64,000 nt of DNA from Chthonomonadales bacterium (GTDB lineage: Bacteria; Armatimonadota; Chthonomonadetes; Chthonomonadales; Chthonomonadaceae): contig JBBQPY010000005.1 in the NCBI GenBank assembly GCA_038216735.1, positions 4,036-68,035 on the forward strand, read 5' to 3'. Made by a program: the position numbers and the translations under genes. Below, in pieces: positions 28,522 to 37,449 of this stretch (the first letter of the stretch is position 1; the number at the start of each line of letters is the position of its first letter). The notes below the pieces were generated by a model. That model worked only from the letters and a program-made list of their open reading frames with translations, was not told where the DNA came from and made no database searches.

Positions 28522-29142
28522 TCAGTTCGCATCTGTCGCACCGGTATCGGTATAGTAGATGACACGATGCGCTATTGTCGTATCCTTTTCGAGAACGCCA
28601 TTTTTTTTCTCGAAGATGTGGGGGGAACCAGTTGCGACGACCTTCGTCGTGTGCGTATCCCAGACGACTTTATCGGCGGTAATCGTAACGTCCGTTTTCT
28701 GGTTTACGGAGCGTATCGTGACCCCACCGGTCGCGACCAAGACTCGCGTACGCTGATTGGTCGTAACGTGAGGCGCAGAAATCTCGGCAGAAGGTTTCCC
28801 ATCATGGAAGAGGTGCGCTTTGACGCCGTGCAGCTGCGCCTTTACCTCCGTCTCACCGTGGTTGTCAGCGGTAGTCATCGCACCTGTGTCCGCATCGGTG
28901 ATCATAACCGGCAGCAGCGGACCACTGGGATTTTTGGGATCACGTACATAAAGCGGTATGTGCCAGCCGGTTCCGGTCAGTGCGCCAGGCAACTGCGCAG
29001 GCGCGTTCTCGGACTTTTTCGACGGCACGGCGGCAGACGGGCGACGTGTTGCCGTTGCAGTGCCAGGGATTCCGCACCCGTTCACTGCGAGCGCACACAG
29101 TATACCGAGCGGCAGACGTACACCGGTGTTTCTTCTTATCAT
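28522..29142 (-). CDS. LptC-like lipoprotein (single OstA-like beta-jellyroll).
   Basis: Lipobox-like ALAVNGC after a signal. VTITADKVVWDTHTTKVVATGSPHI and TIAHRVIYYTD fit the LptC/LptA fold pattern. It is the first gene of the lptC-lptA-lptB-lptFG-ordered minus-strand cluster. Confidence 0.4.
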   Translation of the reverse strand: MIRRNTGVRLPLGILCALAVNGCGIPGTATATRRPSAAVPSKKSENAPAQLPGALTGTGWHIPLYVRDPKNPSGPLLPVMITDADTGAMTTADNHGETEVKAQLHGVKAHLFHDGKPSAEISAPHVTTNQRTRVLVATGGVTIRSVNQKTDVTITADKVVWDTHTTKVVATGSPHIFEKKNGVLEKDTTIAHRVIYYTDTGATDAN

Positions 29143-29219
29143 AGCTTTTGTTCGACCATTGCTTTCATTCCACCCCGACCCACAATCCGCCTGCTGCTAA
29201 ACATGGCCCGTCCCGCTTC

Positions 29220-29406
29220 AGCCCTCACTCCAACTCCTCTCCCTGCCAGTCGCAGGCTCCTCAGGCAGAGGGGCAACCAGAGTACCGTAATCTTAGACCT
29301 CTACCGACCGAGGGGAATCCGTGCCCACTGTTTCCCTGCCCACGGTCTCCCCCTCGCCCTGATGAGGTACGAATGGTAAGGATAAGGGGGTCGGGGGGTG
29401 AGGGCT
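29220..29406. repeat. R3, an approximately 180-bp MITE-like dispersed element, copy A (terminal inverted repeats agccctca...tgagggct).
   Basis: It shares about 75-80% identity with 61429-61598. The 3' block ctccccctcgccctNatgaggtacgaatggNaNgaNaNgggggtcggggNtgaggg is conserved, as are the 5' block agccctcaNtccaacNcNtctccctgcca and the middle accgNaatNtt...cctct...cgagg. Both copies lie between co-directional minus-strand genes, in the same orientation. Confidence 0.55.
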
Positions 29407-29448
29407 GATCTGTCCAATGGAACTTCCAATCCGCCTATGCGAGTTGAA

Positions 29449-30531
29449 CTAGCGCGGCGTCAGCGTCAAAATATCACCTGAGACTGCTTTTACCTGTCGC
29501 GGCGTGGATTGCTCGAGGCTCCGCCGTAACTGACCACAGGCGGCGGCGATCGCGTGACCACGCGTCATGCGCTGTGTGGCGATCCGCCCTGCCTTCTCCA
29601 GTTCAGACCGGAAACGCGTAATGCTTTCGCGAGTCGGACGCTTGAAACCCTCCTCGGTCTCGACATAGTTGAACGGTATGAGGTTGACATTGCCAGGAAG
29701 TTTCTTACGTTTGAGAAGTGCTGCGAGTGCGCGGGCGTGTTCGGGGCGATCGTTGATGCCGCCGATGAGCAGATACTCGAAGGTCATGTCGCGATGCGTG
29801 TTCCGCACATACTCGGAGCAGGCGTCGAGAATCTCGTCGAGTTTCCATTTCCGCGCTGTCGGAATCAGCGTTTCGCGCAATTCGTCATCCGGCGCGTGGA
29901 GCGACAGTGCGAGCGTCACCGGCATATCTTCTTTGGCGAGCGCGCGGATCCCCGGCACGACTCCGACGGTCGAAACGGTCAGGTTCCGCAGTGAAATCCC
30001 GACCTCGGTTCCGAGCAGCCGCAGGCTCTTGATCACGGCTTCGTAGTTCCACAGCGGCTCGCCCATCCCCATATAGACGGCATGTGAAATGCGGCGTTCG
30101 CTCTCGCGCTGCATCTGTAGAAACTGCCCGACGATCTCGCCCGCCGTTAGATTGCGTGCCAGCCCACCCTTCGCGGTCGCGCAGAAGGTGCAGCCCGCGG
30201 GACAGCCGATCTGCGTTGAAAGGCAGACCGAAACGCGCTCGGGATAGGGCAGATAGACGCTCTCGATCGTTAATCCGTCCGCCTGCTGCATCAGATATTT
30301 GACGGTCTCGTCCTCCGAGACATCTTTGTGCGCGACGGTCGGCAGGCCGACAGTGTGTGTATTGGCAAGGCTTTCGCGGAGCGCGCGTGGCAGATCGGTC
30401 ATCTCATCGAGGCTTGCTGCCCCCTGCCGATAGATCCAGCCCGCGAGCTGTTTGCCCCGATAGGCAGGCTGTCCGGCTTGCACCGCGACCGCTGCCAGCT
30501 CTTCATTCGTCAATCCAATCAGATTTTCCAT
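29449..30531 (-). CDS. rlmN: Dual-specificity 23S rRNA / tRNA (adenine-C2)-methyltransferase RlmN (radical SAM).
   Basis: MENLIGLTNEELAAVAVQAGQPAYRGKQLAGWIYRQG is the RlmN N-domain. The radical-SAM CxxxCxxC is in STQIGCPAGCTFCATAK, then MGMGEPLWNY, and the C-terminal GQL...TQRMTRGHAIAAACGQL with the conserved Cys pair. The six-frame ORF begins 22 codons upstream (30597). Confidence 0.85.
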   Translation of the reverse strand: MENLIGLTNEELAAVAVQAGQPAYRGKQLAGWIYRQGAASLDEMTDLPRALRESLANTHTVGLPTVAHKDVSEDETVKYLMQQADGLTIESVYLPYPERVSVCLSTQIGCPAGCTFCATAKGGLARNLTAGEIVGQFLQMQRESERRISHAVYMGMGEPLWNYEAVIKSLRLLGTEVGISLRNLTVSTVGVVPGIRALAKEDMPVTLALSLHAPDDELRETLIPTARKWKLDEILDACSEYVRNTHRDMTFEYLLIGGINDRPEHARALAALLKRKKLPGNVNLIPFNYVETEEGFKRPTRESITRFRSELEKAGRIATQRMTRGHAIAAACGQLRRSLEQSTPRQVKAVSGDILTLTPR

Positions 30532-30603
30532 AGGTTTCGATTCTCGTTTCAATACTCTGGTGTCAATACCGGTTCGATGCTCAATTCGTTCCGGCATAAC
30601 GGG

Positions 30604-31131
30604 CTATGAACTGTTCTCGCGCGAGCCGCCGCGAATTCTGGCTGCCGCTCGCTGGAGCGTCGGTATCACATTATTGCGCGCTTCGCCTTCCCAAACCGCA
30701 ATTTTACCCGGCAGGCGTTCAATGAAATTTTCCGTTGTCGAGAGCGGCAGACGGATCAATATCTCCTCATCATCCACTTCGACCAGCAGCGCATCGAAGT
30801 ATTCGAACGGGCATTCGGAGCGCTGAATCGCGCTCCAGGGTATCAGTATTGGAGGAAAAAGGAACGACCAGATCGAGTGCGCCCGGCGCAGGTACAGTCC
30901 CTCATCGAGCCAGTTGACATTCATCTCTGCGCCGAAGCCAATACCGCCGATAAAAGCCATCACCATCTCTTTTTCCGGCTCGACGGCGGGACCACGGTAC
31001 CGATAGCGCTTCACGAGCAGTCGCCAGCCGCTCAGCCACAGCCGTACGATAGTGTACGGAAGATTGAAAATGAGAAAACTAAAAATAATTATAAGCCATA
31101 TCAGCCAGCGTGTCGGGAAGTAAAACTTCAT
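30604..31131 (-). CDS. Hypothetical membrane protein.
   Basis: MKFYFPTRWLIWLIIIFSFLIFNLPYTIVRLWLSGWRLL is an N-terminal TM helix; a second hydrophobic segment is MVMAFIGGIGFGA. RBS GAGAGGA lies upstream of the ATG at 31129-31131. No family recognised. Confidence 0.45.
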   Translation of the reverse strand: MKFYFPTRWLIWLIIIFSFLIFNLPYTIVRLWLSGWRLLVKRYRYRGPAVEPEKEMVMAFIGGIGFGAEMNVNWLDEGLYLRRAHSIWSFLFPPILIPWSAIQRSECPFEYFDALLVEVDDEEILIRLPLSTTENFIERLPGKIAVWEGEARNNVIPTLQRAAARIRGGSRENSS

Positions 31132-31297
31132 GCGATTCCTCTCAGTTAAACCAATCACCCCGACATAATTCTGGCGGATATCAACCGTTAATTATTTCAC
31201 CGTCCCCACAAAGCGATGCCCTTTCCCCTCGATTTGCAGATCGAAACGCTCGACATGCGAGAGGAGAAAGGGCTGCCGACAGAATAGTAAGGTCAGA

Positions 31298-32704
31298 CTA
31301 CCGTGTACGTGGCTTGGCTGTTGCGTTTGGCAGAAGCGGCGGCTGTGGCTGCTGATTCTGCGGAGCGATCTGGCGCGGAACCAGCACCTTCTCCGGCTCG
31401 AACTCGGACTCGTTGGTCAACAGATTGTTCTGGCGGACGTTTCCATTCCCGTTACCGCCATTGTTATTACTGTTGACCTTGCCGCCGGTGATCACCTGCG
31501 CCGCCATCAGCGTCTGTACGACCCGCAGGACATCCTCAGAACCCGAGGCAGCCGCGCTGTGGCCACCCTCGCCGAGCGAACCAAAGTTGACGAACTGTCC
31601 GTTGGCGAGCGCCGCCGCGACTTCGCGCGTCAATGCAGGCGCCAGTTCCAGACGTCGCAGGTCGAGATATGCCTGACCGGACGCCATCAGCGCTTCAGCT
31701 TTGTTGCGGATCGCATCCGCTTCGGCTTCAGCGATAAGACGGATACGCGATGCCTGTGCACGTCCCTCTGCCTCCTGCTGAATGAAGTTCTGCTCGGCAT
31801 CGGCACGCGCCTGTGTGATCTGGTTCGCGGCGAGTTCCGCCTCACGCTGACCGCGTACAGCCGCCTGCTTTTCGGCTTCGGCACGGGCAATCGATGCGCC
31901 GTTCGAGGCGATCTGCATGTTCAGGGCGCGCTCCTGATCGTTGACTTTCTGCTGCGCTTCGAGTTGTGCGATACGGGCACGCTGCTCTTCCTGAGCCTGC
32001 ACTACATCCGCGCTGGCTTTGGCACGGGCGGCGGATTCGCGACGGCGCGCTTCGGCCACCTCACTCAACACTGCCTTGATATTGAGGCTGTTGAAGGTTA
32101 AGCCGAGGTCGAGCAGTTCGCGCGAGCAGGCGTCTTTGATGATCACGGCGAGTTCGTCGTCGTCTGCCTGTACGAGTGCATTGATGCCTCCCAGACTGGA
32201 GGGAGCGACGAGCGCGGTTCCAGCGGGCGCCGTAGTCGCCGTGCGCGCATTGAACAACTGATCGTGCTTGAGCAGGTTGATTGCGCGGCGTCCGGCGGAC
32301 GACAGCACATCTGTCAGCGTCGAGAGCTGCTCGGACGGCGATTTAGAGAAAAACTTGTTGGCGGCGGTATTGACCATCGAGTCGTCTTCGCCGACGCTGA
32401 CGATCGCCGATGCTTTGACGGTCACCTTGACGGGCGCGGGGCGCCCGTTCACATCGATGTCGGCGGTCTGGTCGGTAATCTCGATATCGACATTGATCGC
32501 CTGCGCCGGAATCGCGCGGCTCTGGGTGAAGAGCGGCACAACGAAAGCTTTGGTCGGTCCGCGAAAGATACGCAGTCCGCCCGCTTTCCACCAGTTGACG
32601 AGCAGTATCTCTCCGGCATCGACGCTACGCAGAAAGGTCGTGACGATCAGCGCGGTGAACACCAGCACCCCGAAAATCACGCCCAGTGCAATTAAGATTT
32701 CCAT
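31298..32704 (-). CDS. Flotillin / SPFH (band-7) family protein.
   Basis: N-terminal TM MEILIALGVIFGVLVFTALIV, an SPFH domain, then an extended flotillin-type coiled-coil rich in AEA/Q/R repeats (EAARRESAARAKASADVVQAQEEQRARIAQLEAQQK...). The C-terminus is N/G/Q-rich and low-complexity. It lies immediately downstream of an NfeD-like gene. Confidence 0.8.
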   Translation of the reverse strand: MEILIALGVIFGVLVFTALIVTTFLRSVDAGEILLVNWWKAGGLRIFRGPTKAFVVPLFTQSRAIPAQAINVDIEITDQTADIDVNGRPAPVKVTVKASAIVSVGEDDSMVNTAANKFFSKSPSEQLSTLTDVLSSAGRRAINLLKHDQLFNARTATTAPAGTALVAPSSLGGINALVQADDDELAVIIKDACSRELLDLGLTFNSLNIKAVLSEVAEARRRESAARAKASADVVQAQEEQRARIAQLEAQQKVNDQERALNMQIASNGASIARAEAEKQAAVRGQREAELAANQITQARADAEQNFIQQEAEGRAQASRIRLIAEAEADAIRNKAEALMASGQAYLDLRRLELAPALTREVAAALANGQFVNFGSLGEGGHSAAASGSEDVLRVVQTLMAAQVITGGKVNSNNNGGNGNGNVRQNNLLTNESEFEPEKVLVPRQIAPQNQQPQPPLLPNATAKPRTR

Positions 32705-32899
32705 TCGCATTTCCTTCTTTCAAGTCACACAGCGCAAACGCTTCATTGCGTCTCGCGAACGATTGCCTGTCTAGTCGACAGTGGCTCTCTTTTCATCTTG
32801 TAGCGACGGCTACACAATTAATACGAAGGATGCTCGTGCTGCGCTTCAAAATCGCTTTCGGCTCGGAAGCCACCCTGTGCACTCTATTGATGATATCTG

Positions 32900-33574
32900 T
32901 TAATGCAGCGAGACAGTGACACGCTCCTGCTCGCCATCCACTTCCTCGATACGGAGACAGTCGCCGACACGCACTGGCATCATCTTCTGCGTTTCAGAGA
33001 GCCGCGCGCTCAGCTGGACAGCGCGTCCATCGCGTACGACCTGAACGATGCCCTTGCCATTGCGGAACGGTGTCACCGCCTGCGCCTCGTGCATCGTCAG
33101 GTCCGACATTGGCGAGCATGGTTTGCCCTGGAAACCGAGCAGCATATTCCATAGTGGGGTGACTGCGAACCGCTCGAAAAGCAGCGCCGGCAGTATTGCT
33201 GCCAGTGCCGCCAGTTTCGGTGTCAGCAGGTGCGTACCGACGATGCCGTATCCAAACGCACCATAAAGCGCCATCAGGCTAAAGAGAACGCGCGGCTGCA
33301 GGAGGCGAAACAGGCTGTAGTTCAGTCCATTCAGCAGGGAGCTGCCAGCGTTCGCATTATTCGACGCTGCTCCCGCCTGTCCAGCGGCATGGGCTGCGGC
33401 TGCGCTGGCGTGTCCCGCGTGCGCCGCAAGTCCTGTTGAGTGCGCGCCAGCGATATGCCCGCCGACATGCGCGTGTCCGGCAATTCCCGCATGGCCATGT
33501 CGGTTCAAGCCCGGTATCGCCATCAGCGCCATACCGAACAGACCGGCGACCATCAATACGACGAATATGGACAT
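32900..33574 (-). CDS. NfeD-like (YuaF-type) membrane protein with a C-terminal OB-fold, carrying an unusual His/Ala/Gly-rich insert.
   Basis: TM helices MSIFVVLMVAGLFGMALMAIPGL and LFSLMALYGAFGYGIVGTHLL...LAALAAILPALLF. C-terminal beta-barrel segment GKGIVQVVRDGRAVQLSARLSE...PVRVGDCLRIEEVDGEQERVTVSL. His-rich insert HGHAGIAGHAHVGGHIAGAHSTGLAAHAGHASAAAAHAAGQAG. An NfeD gene upstream of flotillin is the conserved nfeD-floT arrangement. Confidence 0.65.
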   Translation of the reverse strand: MSIFVVLMVAGLFGMALMAIPGLNRHGHAGIAGHAHVGGHIAGAHSTGLAAHAGHASAAAAHAAGQAGAASNNANAGSSLLNGLNYSLFRLLQPRVLFSLMALYGAFGYGIVGTHLLTPKLAALAAILPALLFERFAVTPLWNMLLGFQGKPCSPMSDLTMHEAQAVTPFRNGKGIVQVVRDGRAVQLSARLSETQKMMPVRVGDCLRIEEVDGEQERVTVSLH

Positions 33575-33882
33575 CGATGCCCTTCGTTTCTCCCCTGTGG
33601 GGAACCTGCTGCAGAAATCTTGCTATGAACTCAAAGATGCTTGTCGGATGCAATTGACGCGGGATGCTTTAACTTCCGCTCTTTTTCTACTATTGTCACC
33701 TATAGTATACACCTGATAACAGGCTTTTGCAGGATTTTACATTTCGAGGAATTCGCAGTCGAATCGGGGGTTGAAGCTAGAGAATTGAATAGAGAATTGG
33801 GCTGATGCAGGGTGTGAGAAGCGACGAAGAATGTAGCGGAGAGTGTTAGGCAGAAGAAGCCTGAAACGTTTACAGAGCCCGA

Positions 33883-34722
33883 TTAGAGGACGATTTTCTG
33901 AGTGTCGGAGGCGGAGGGGAGGAGCAGTTCCTGAGGACGGGTTTCCGGTACAGGCGCGGCGGCACGCAGTAGCTCCTCACGGTAAGTCTTGGGCTGGGAC
34001 GCGCGAAGCAGAACAGAACTGTCGGTCAAGAGAGCATTACGCTCTCGCATAATGACGAGACATTTTTGTGCGGTGACAAGAACCTCGGCGTCCCTGCACT
34101 TGATCATATCTATCAGCTTAGGATTTATTAGACTCTCGACGGACGAAATCGCGCTCTTATCCCCGATTACCGCAATCACATGGAGTGCGGCAGAGACCAA
34201 CTGCGGTTCCTTTTGCCTCAAAAGAAAGTTCAGCCGATAACGATGCCTCTCAGTGAGTTCGTGGCTCTCTTCCAGATTTAGAAGGGGCAGAAAACACACT
34301 AGAATAGCAGCGACTTCCGGCGAAACCGTGCCATCGGTCAAATTCAACACATCGAGACAGTAGCAGACGACCTCATAAGGATTCCGACGAACGAGTCTTC
34401 TCATGATTGTCGATCGTTCACGATGCGTTACCAGCATTTTGACCACGGGATTTATAAAAGCGCACCCTGCCAAAAATGGTAGTTGCCACAATGCCCGCAT
34501 CAGGGTTTCCCAGTGGAATAGTAGACTCAGCAAAGTCGCAGGCAGCCAAACAACAACCATGCATCCAAGGATCAATGGAGACGCACGCAGCAGTAGTTTC
34601 GGATACGTATATTGCTTCGGCAGACGCGCCAGGAGCGCGTCGATCTCCGCCTCGGTCAGCTCTGGCTCGTCGGTGGTGTTCAGTTCGTCAGTGATTTTCG
34701 GTTCGATGGGAGTTGGTTCCAT
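33883..34722 (-). CDS. Hypothetical membrane protein with alpha-helical (HEAT-like) repeats.
   Basis: TM segment LILGCMVVVWLPATLLSLLF. Repetitive helical segments: EVAAILVCFLPLLNLEE, LVSAALHVIAVIGDKSAISSVESLINPK, AEVLVTAQKCLVIM. No family recognised; the start is uncertain. Confidence 0.35.
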   Translation of the reverse strand: MEPTPIEPKITDELNTTDEPELTEAEIDALLARLPKQYTYPKLLLRASPLILGCMVVVWLPATLLSLLFHWETLMRALWQLPFLAGCAFINPVVKMLVTHRERSTIMRRLVRRNPYEVVCYCLDVLNLTDGTVSPEVAAILVCFLPLLNLEESHELTERHRYRLNFLLRQKEPQLVSAALHVIAVIGDKSAISSVESLINPKLIDMIKCRDAEVLVTAQKCLVIMRERNALLTDSSVLLRASQPKTYREELLRAAAPVPETRPQELLLPSASDTQKIVL

Positions 34723-35085
34723 ACGCAACAGTTGCACAACGCCACCGTCTCCTTCTGCCTGACCTTGCACAGCTTAGATAGCGCTGCACAACGCCTGCGC
34801 TAATCGACCGTCTAATCACGCCGAATCCGCTTACTGAGCGCTGCCACGAAGCCAGCGTCACTACTCTGCAGACTCCGACAGTTGAAGCCGTCTTCTGCCT
34901 GTTCTGATGAGTTGCCGCTATCGGGCGGAGGTTGCTGACGCTATCTAAACCTGTTGCTACTGGTTGTCAGCGCCCCTATATCTAGCGTTCACCGGCATTT
35001 GAGAACGTACAGAAGAATATCATGATACGGTTTTGCGTAGACAAAAAAAACTCTCTCGGAGTCGGCGATTCAGCGCAGATTCTCC

Positions 35086-35115
35086 TTGCGATTCGCCGTG
35101 GGATTTGCTATAATC
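35086..35115 (+). promoter_or_regulatory. Near-consensus sigma70-type promoter upstream of dnaA (-35 TTGCGA, 18-nt spacer, -10 TATAAT).
   Basis: ccTTGCGAttcgccgtgggatttgcTATAATcacgg was read directly. It would give a 5' UTR of about 155 nt before the dnaA GTG at 35277. The RBS GGAGGTG lies 7 nt upstream of the GTG. Confidence 0.5.
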
Positions 35116-35276
35116 ACGGCAGTCCCGACGACTCCGCAGACCTTTCGAAACCACGCTGACGCAACTGCTTCCGCGCGCCGCGCCGTCCGTACGGGAACCT
35201 AAGAGCAGCCGCAATCCGACGCCTCCGGCACAGCCGTAAGCGCGTCGGGCAAGCGGACGGACGCCGGAGGTGCGCG

Positions 35277-36896
35277 GTGAGCGGACAACTCGAATTCGGG
35301 GAGGAGGATCGTAGTGCTGCGCTGCGCCGCGCCTGGGAGCTATCGCTGCACCTGCTGGCAACCAAGGTCAGCACGGTCGCCTTCGAGACGTATTTGCGCA
35401 CGCTGCAGCCACTGTCTTATAATGGCAATATTGTCACTTTCGGGATCGCTTCATCCTACGCACGTGAACGCCTCGAAAAGAATCATAGCAACTCGATTCG
35501 GAGTGCGCTCGAGTTCCATTTAGATACCACGGGGCTGCAGCTGCAGTTCGTCGTCGTCGGACGTGAACAGCGTCCGGCCGAACCCGCCTCCCCCGCCCGC
35601 AAACCCGATCCTGCCGTTAGCGCCGCCGAGGCGCTGCAGCCTGCCCTGCCGCTCGAAACCGGACTCGAAGACGACCAGATAATCCAGGCGGGGGCGACGA
35701 GCTCCTCAGAGGCATATTCTGTCTCCGCAGCAACGGGCGGTTCTGCCGCGCCGCCAACGCTGACACGCTCGTCCGCACGCATCAATAAGCCCAGCGCGAC
35801 GACGCGTACGAATGGCGCTCGCAAAGTCGAGGCGAAGCCAGCGCCGGAGCCGACCGCGATACCGAGCCTGCCGCTGATCGATCGCTACTCATTCGACAAC
35901 TTTCTCGTGGGTCGCTCAAATCGACTGGCGCACGCGGGCGCAACTGGCGTTGCAAGCCAGCCCGGCACAACCTACAATCCCCTTTTCCTGTATGGCGGTC
36001 CCGGACTCGGCAAAACGCACCTCCTGCAGGGCATTGCCCATTCCCTGCGGAAGGCGGACGCGAGCCTTCGCATCGCCTACGTCTCCGGCGAATATTTCGC
36101 TCAGCATTACATCACGGCTCTGCGCGAGCACGCTACCGAAAACTTCCGCCGCCAGTACCGCGAAGTCGATGTCTGGCTCGTCGACGATGTCCAGTTCATC
36201 GCCGGAAAAGAGCACACGAAGGAAGAGTTCTTCCATACTTTCAACTCGCTCTATCAGTCCGGCAAGCAGATCGTCATCGCCAGCGACCGCAGCCCCCGCG
36301 AACTCAATACGATGGACGAGCGGCTGCGCTCACGCTTCCAGAGCGGGCTGATCGCCGACATCGGCGCACCGGAGCTCGAGACACGCATTGCGATCCTCCA
36401 GCAGTGCCGTCAGCGCGAACAGTACGCCGTCAGCGACGACGTTCTCGACTATATCGCCAGCGCAATCCAGTCCAACATCCGAGCTCTCGAAGGCGCGCTG
36501 ACGAAACTCATCGCCTACTCCTCGATCCACAACGCCCCCGCAACCGCCGAACTCGCGCAGGGCGTCCTCAGCGAATACTTCATCGAAAAGCCGATCCGCT
36601 ATCGACGCATAACGATCGACGAAATCATCGAAATGGTCGCCGCACAGTTCGGCACCACGTCAATCGCAATCAAAGGTCCCAACCGCACCAAGGACGTCTC
36701 GCTCGCGCGTCAGGTCGCGATGTATATCTCCCGCGAGCTCCTCTCCGAAATCAACACGACGATCACCGGCGCGGCGTTCGGCGGTCGCGATCACGCGACC
36801 GCGATCTATGCCTGCCAGCGTATCCGTGCCCTGATGGAACTGGACGTCGAACTCAAAACCCTCGTTGTGCAGATGATGCGCCGCCTCGGCACATAA
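35277..36896 (+). CDS. dnaA: Chromosomal replication initiator protein DnaA.
   Basis: Domain I N-terminus, then a Pro/Ala-rich linker. AAA+ Walker A: YNPLFLYGGPGLGKTHLLQGIA; box VII/sensor region: VIASDRSPREL. C-terminal DnaA-box-binding HTH: GPNRTKDVSLARQVAMYISRELL...FGGRDHATAIYACQRI. GTG start. 539 aa. Confidence 0.95.
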   Translation: MSGQLEFGEEDRSAALRRAWELSLHLLATKVSTVAFETYLRTLQPLSYNGNIVTFGIASSYARERLEKNHSNSIRSALEFHLDTTGLQLQFVVVGREQRPAEPASPARKPDPAVSAAEALQPALPLETGLEDDQIIQAGATSSSEAYSVSAATGGSAAPPTLTRSSARINKPSATTRTNGARKVEAKPAPEPTAIPSLPLIDRYSFDNFLVGRSNRLAHAGATGVASQPGTTYNPLFLYGGPGLGKTHLLQGIAHSLRKADASLRIAYVSGEYFAQHYITALREHATENFRRQYREVDVWLVDDVQFIAGKEHTKEEFFHTFNSLYQSGKQIVIASDRSPRELNTMDERLRSRFQSGLIADIGAPELETRIAILQQCRQREQYAVSDDVLDYIASAIQSNIRALEGALTKLIAYSSIHNAPATAELAQGVLSEYFIEKPIRYRRITIDEIIEMVAAQFGTTSIAIKGPNRTKDVSLARQVAMYISRELLSEINTTITGAAFGGRDHATAIYACQRIRALMELDVELKTLVVQMMRRLGT

Positions 36897-37008
36897 GCCC
36901 GCTTCGCCACTGCCACAATTTTCACTGTCTCTATTTTACGCGCCAGAAAAACATGATTTCCAGGTTTTGCAGGGTTGCTTCTTGCTGCGTCGTCAGAAAA
37001 GGAGAGTT

Positions 37009-37449
37009 AAAATGGCTTCTCTGGAGGATGTTCGCCGCCTGGCATTATTGCTTCCCGACACGGTCGCGGGAGAGAAGGGCTTCGCATTCGCGGCAACGAC
37101 AGCGCCTGTCATGGTATACTTCGGAAAACGACGGTTACGAGAACGATGCGCCCCTGAGAGTCCCAATGACCCGCAGCGAACTGGAGCGATTGCGATGTCT
37201 GTACAAACTTACGAAGCCTTTACCGATGCCGATGGCAGCGTCCGGTTCGCCGACGCGGTTCGCCTTCCCGCGCATACCAGAGTATATGTCGTTGTGCCGG
37301 AGCAAACTACGATTTATTCACAGATTGCGCCGGAAATCGCTGACCTGTCCGCCACTGCGCTGCGCTTCCCCTCGATTCGTATCACAGCAGATGGTCTTGC
37401 GAAGCGACTCGTCAAAACCGTAGTTGAGGATGCTTGTGCCGAATTATGA
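37009..37449 (+). CDS. YjbR/MmcQ-like protein, divergent paralogue A.
   Basis: MASLEDVRRLALLLPDTVAGEKGFAFA...VMVYFGKRRL matches the family N-terminus (…LPGV.E..PFG.D.LVF.V.GK.FA). RBS AAAGGAGAG lies upstream of the ATG. Its first ~90 nt and 5' flank are duplicated at 38010-38100. The C-terminal half is not confidently assigned. Confidence 0.4.
   Translation, partial: KMASLEDVRRLALLLPDTVAGEKGFAFAATTAPVMVYFGKRRLRERCAPESPNDPQRTGAIAMSVQTYEAFTDADGSVRFADAVRLPAHTRVYVVVPEQTTIYSQIAPEIADLSATALRFPSIRITADGLAKRLVKTVVEDACAEL

Noticed and set aside
29355-29392. CUGAUGAG within the conserved 3' block of R3 copy A, suggestive of a hammerhead ribozyme core.
   Set aside because: Copy B reads CTAATGAG at the same position. 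There is no GAAA box or stem II/III arrangement, and no NUH cleavage-site context. It fits a repeat element better.
34771-35276. Looked for DnaA boxes (TTATCCACA / TGTGGATAA) and an AT-rich DUE in the 500-bp region upstream of dnaA as an oriC candidate.
   Set aside because: No 8/9 or 9/9 boxes seen; the region is GC-rich apart from one A8 run. The repeat-dense AT-rich segment at 38440-39330 is a better candidate.
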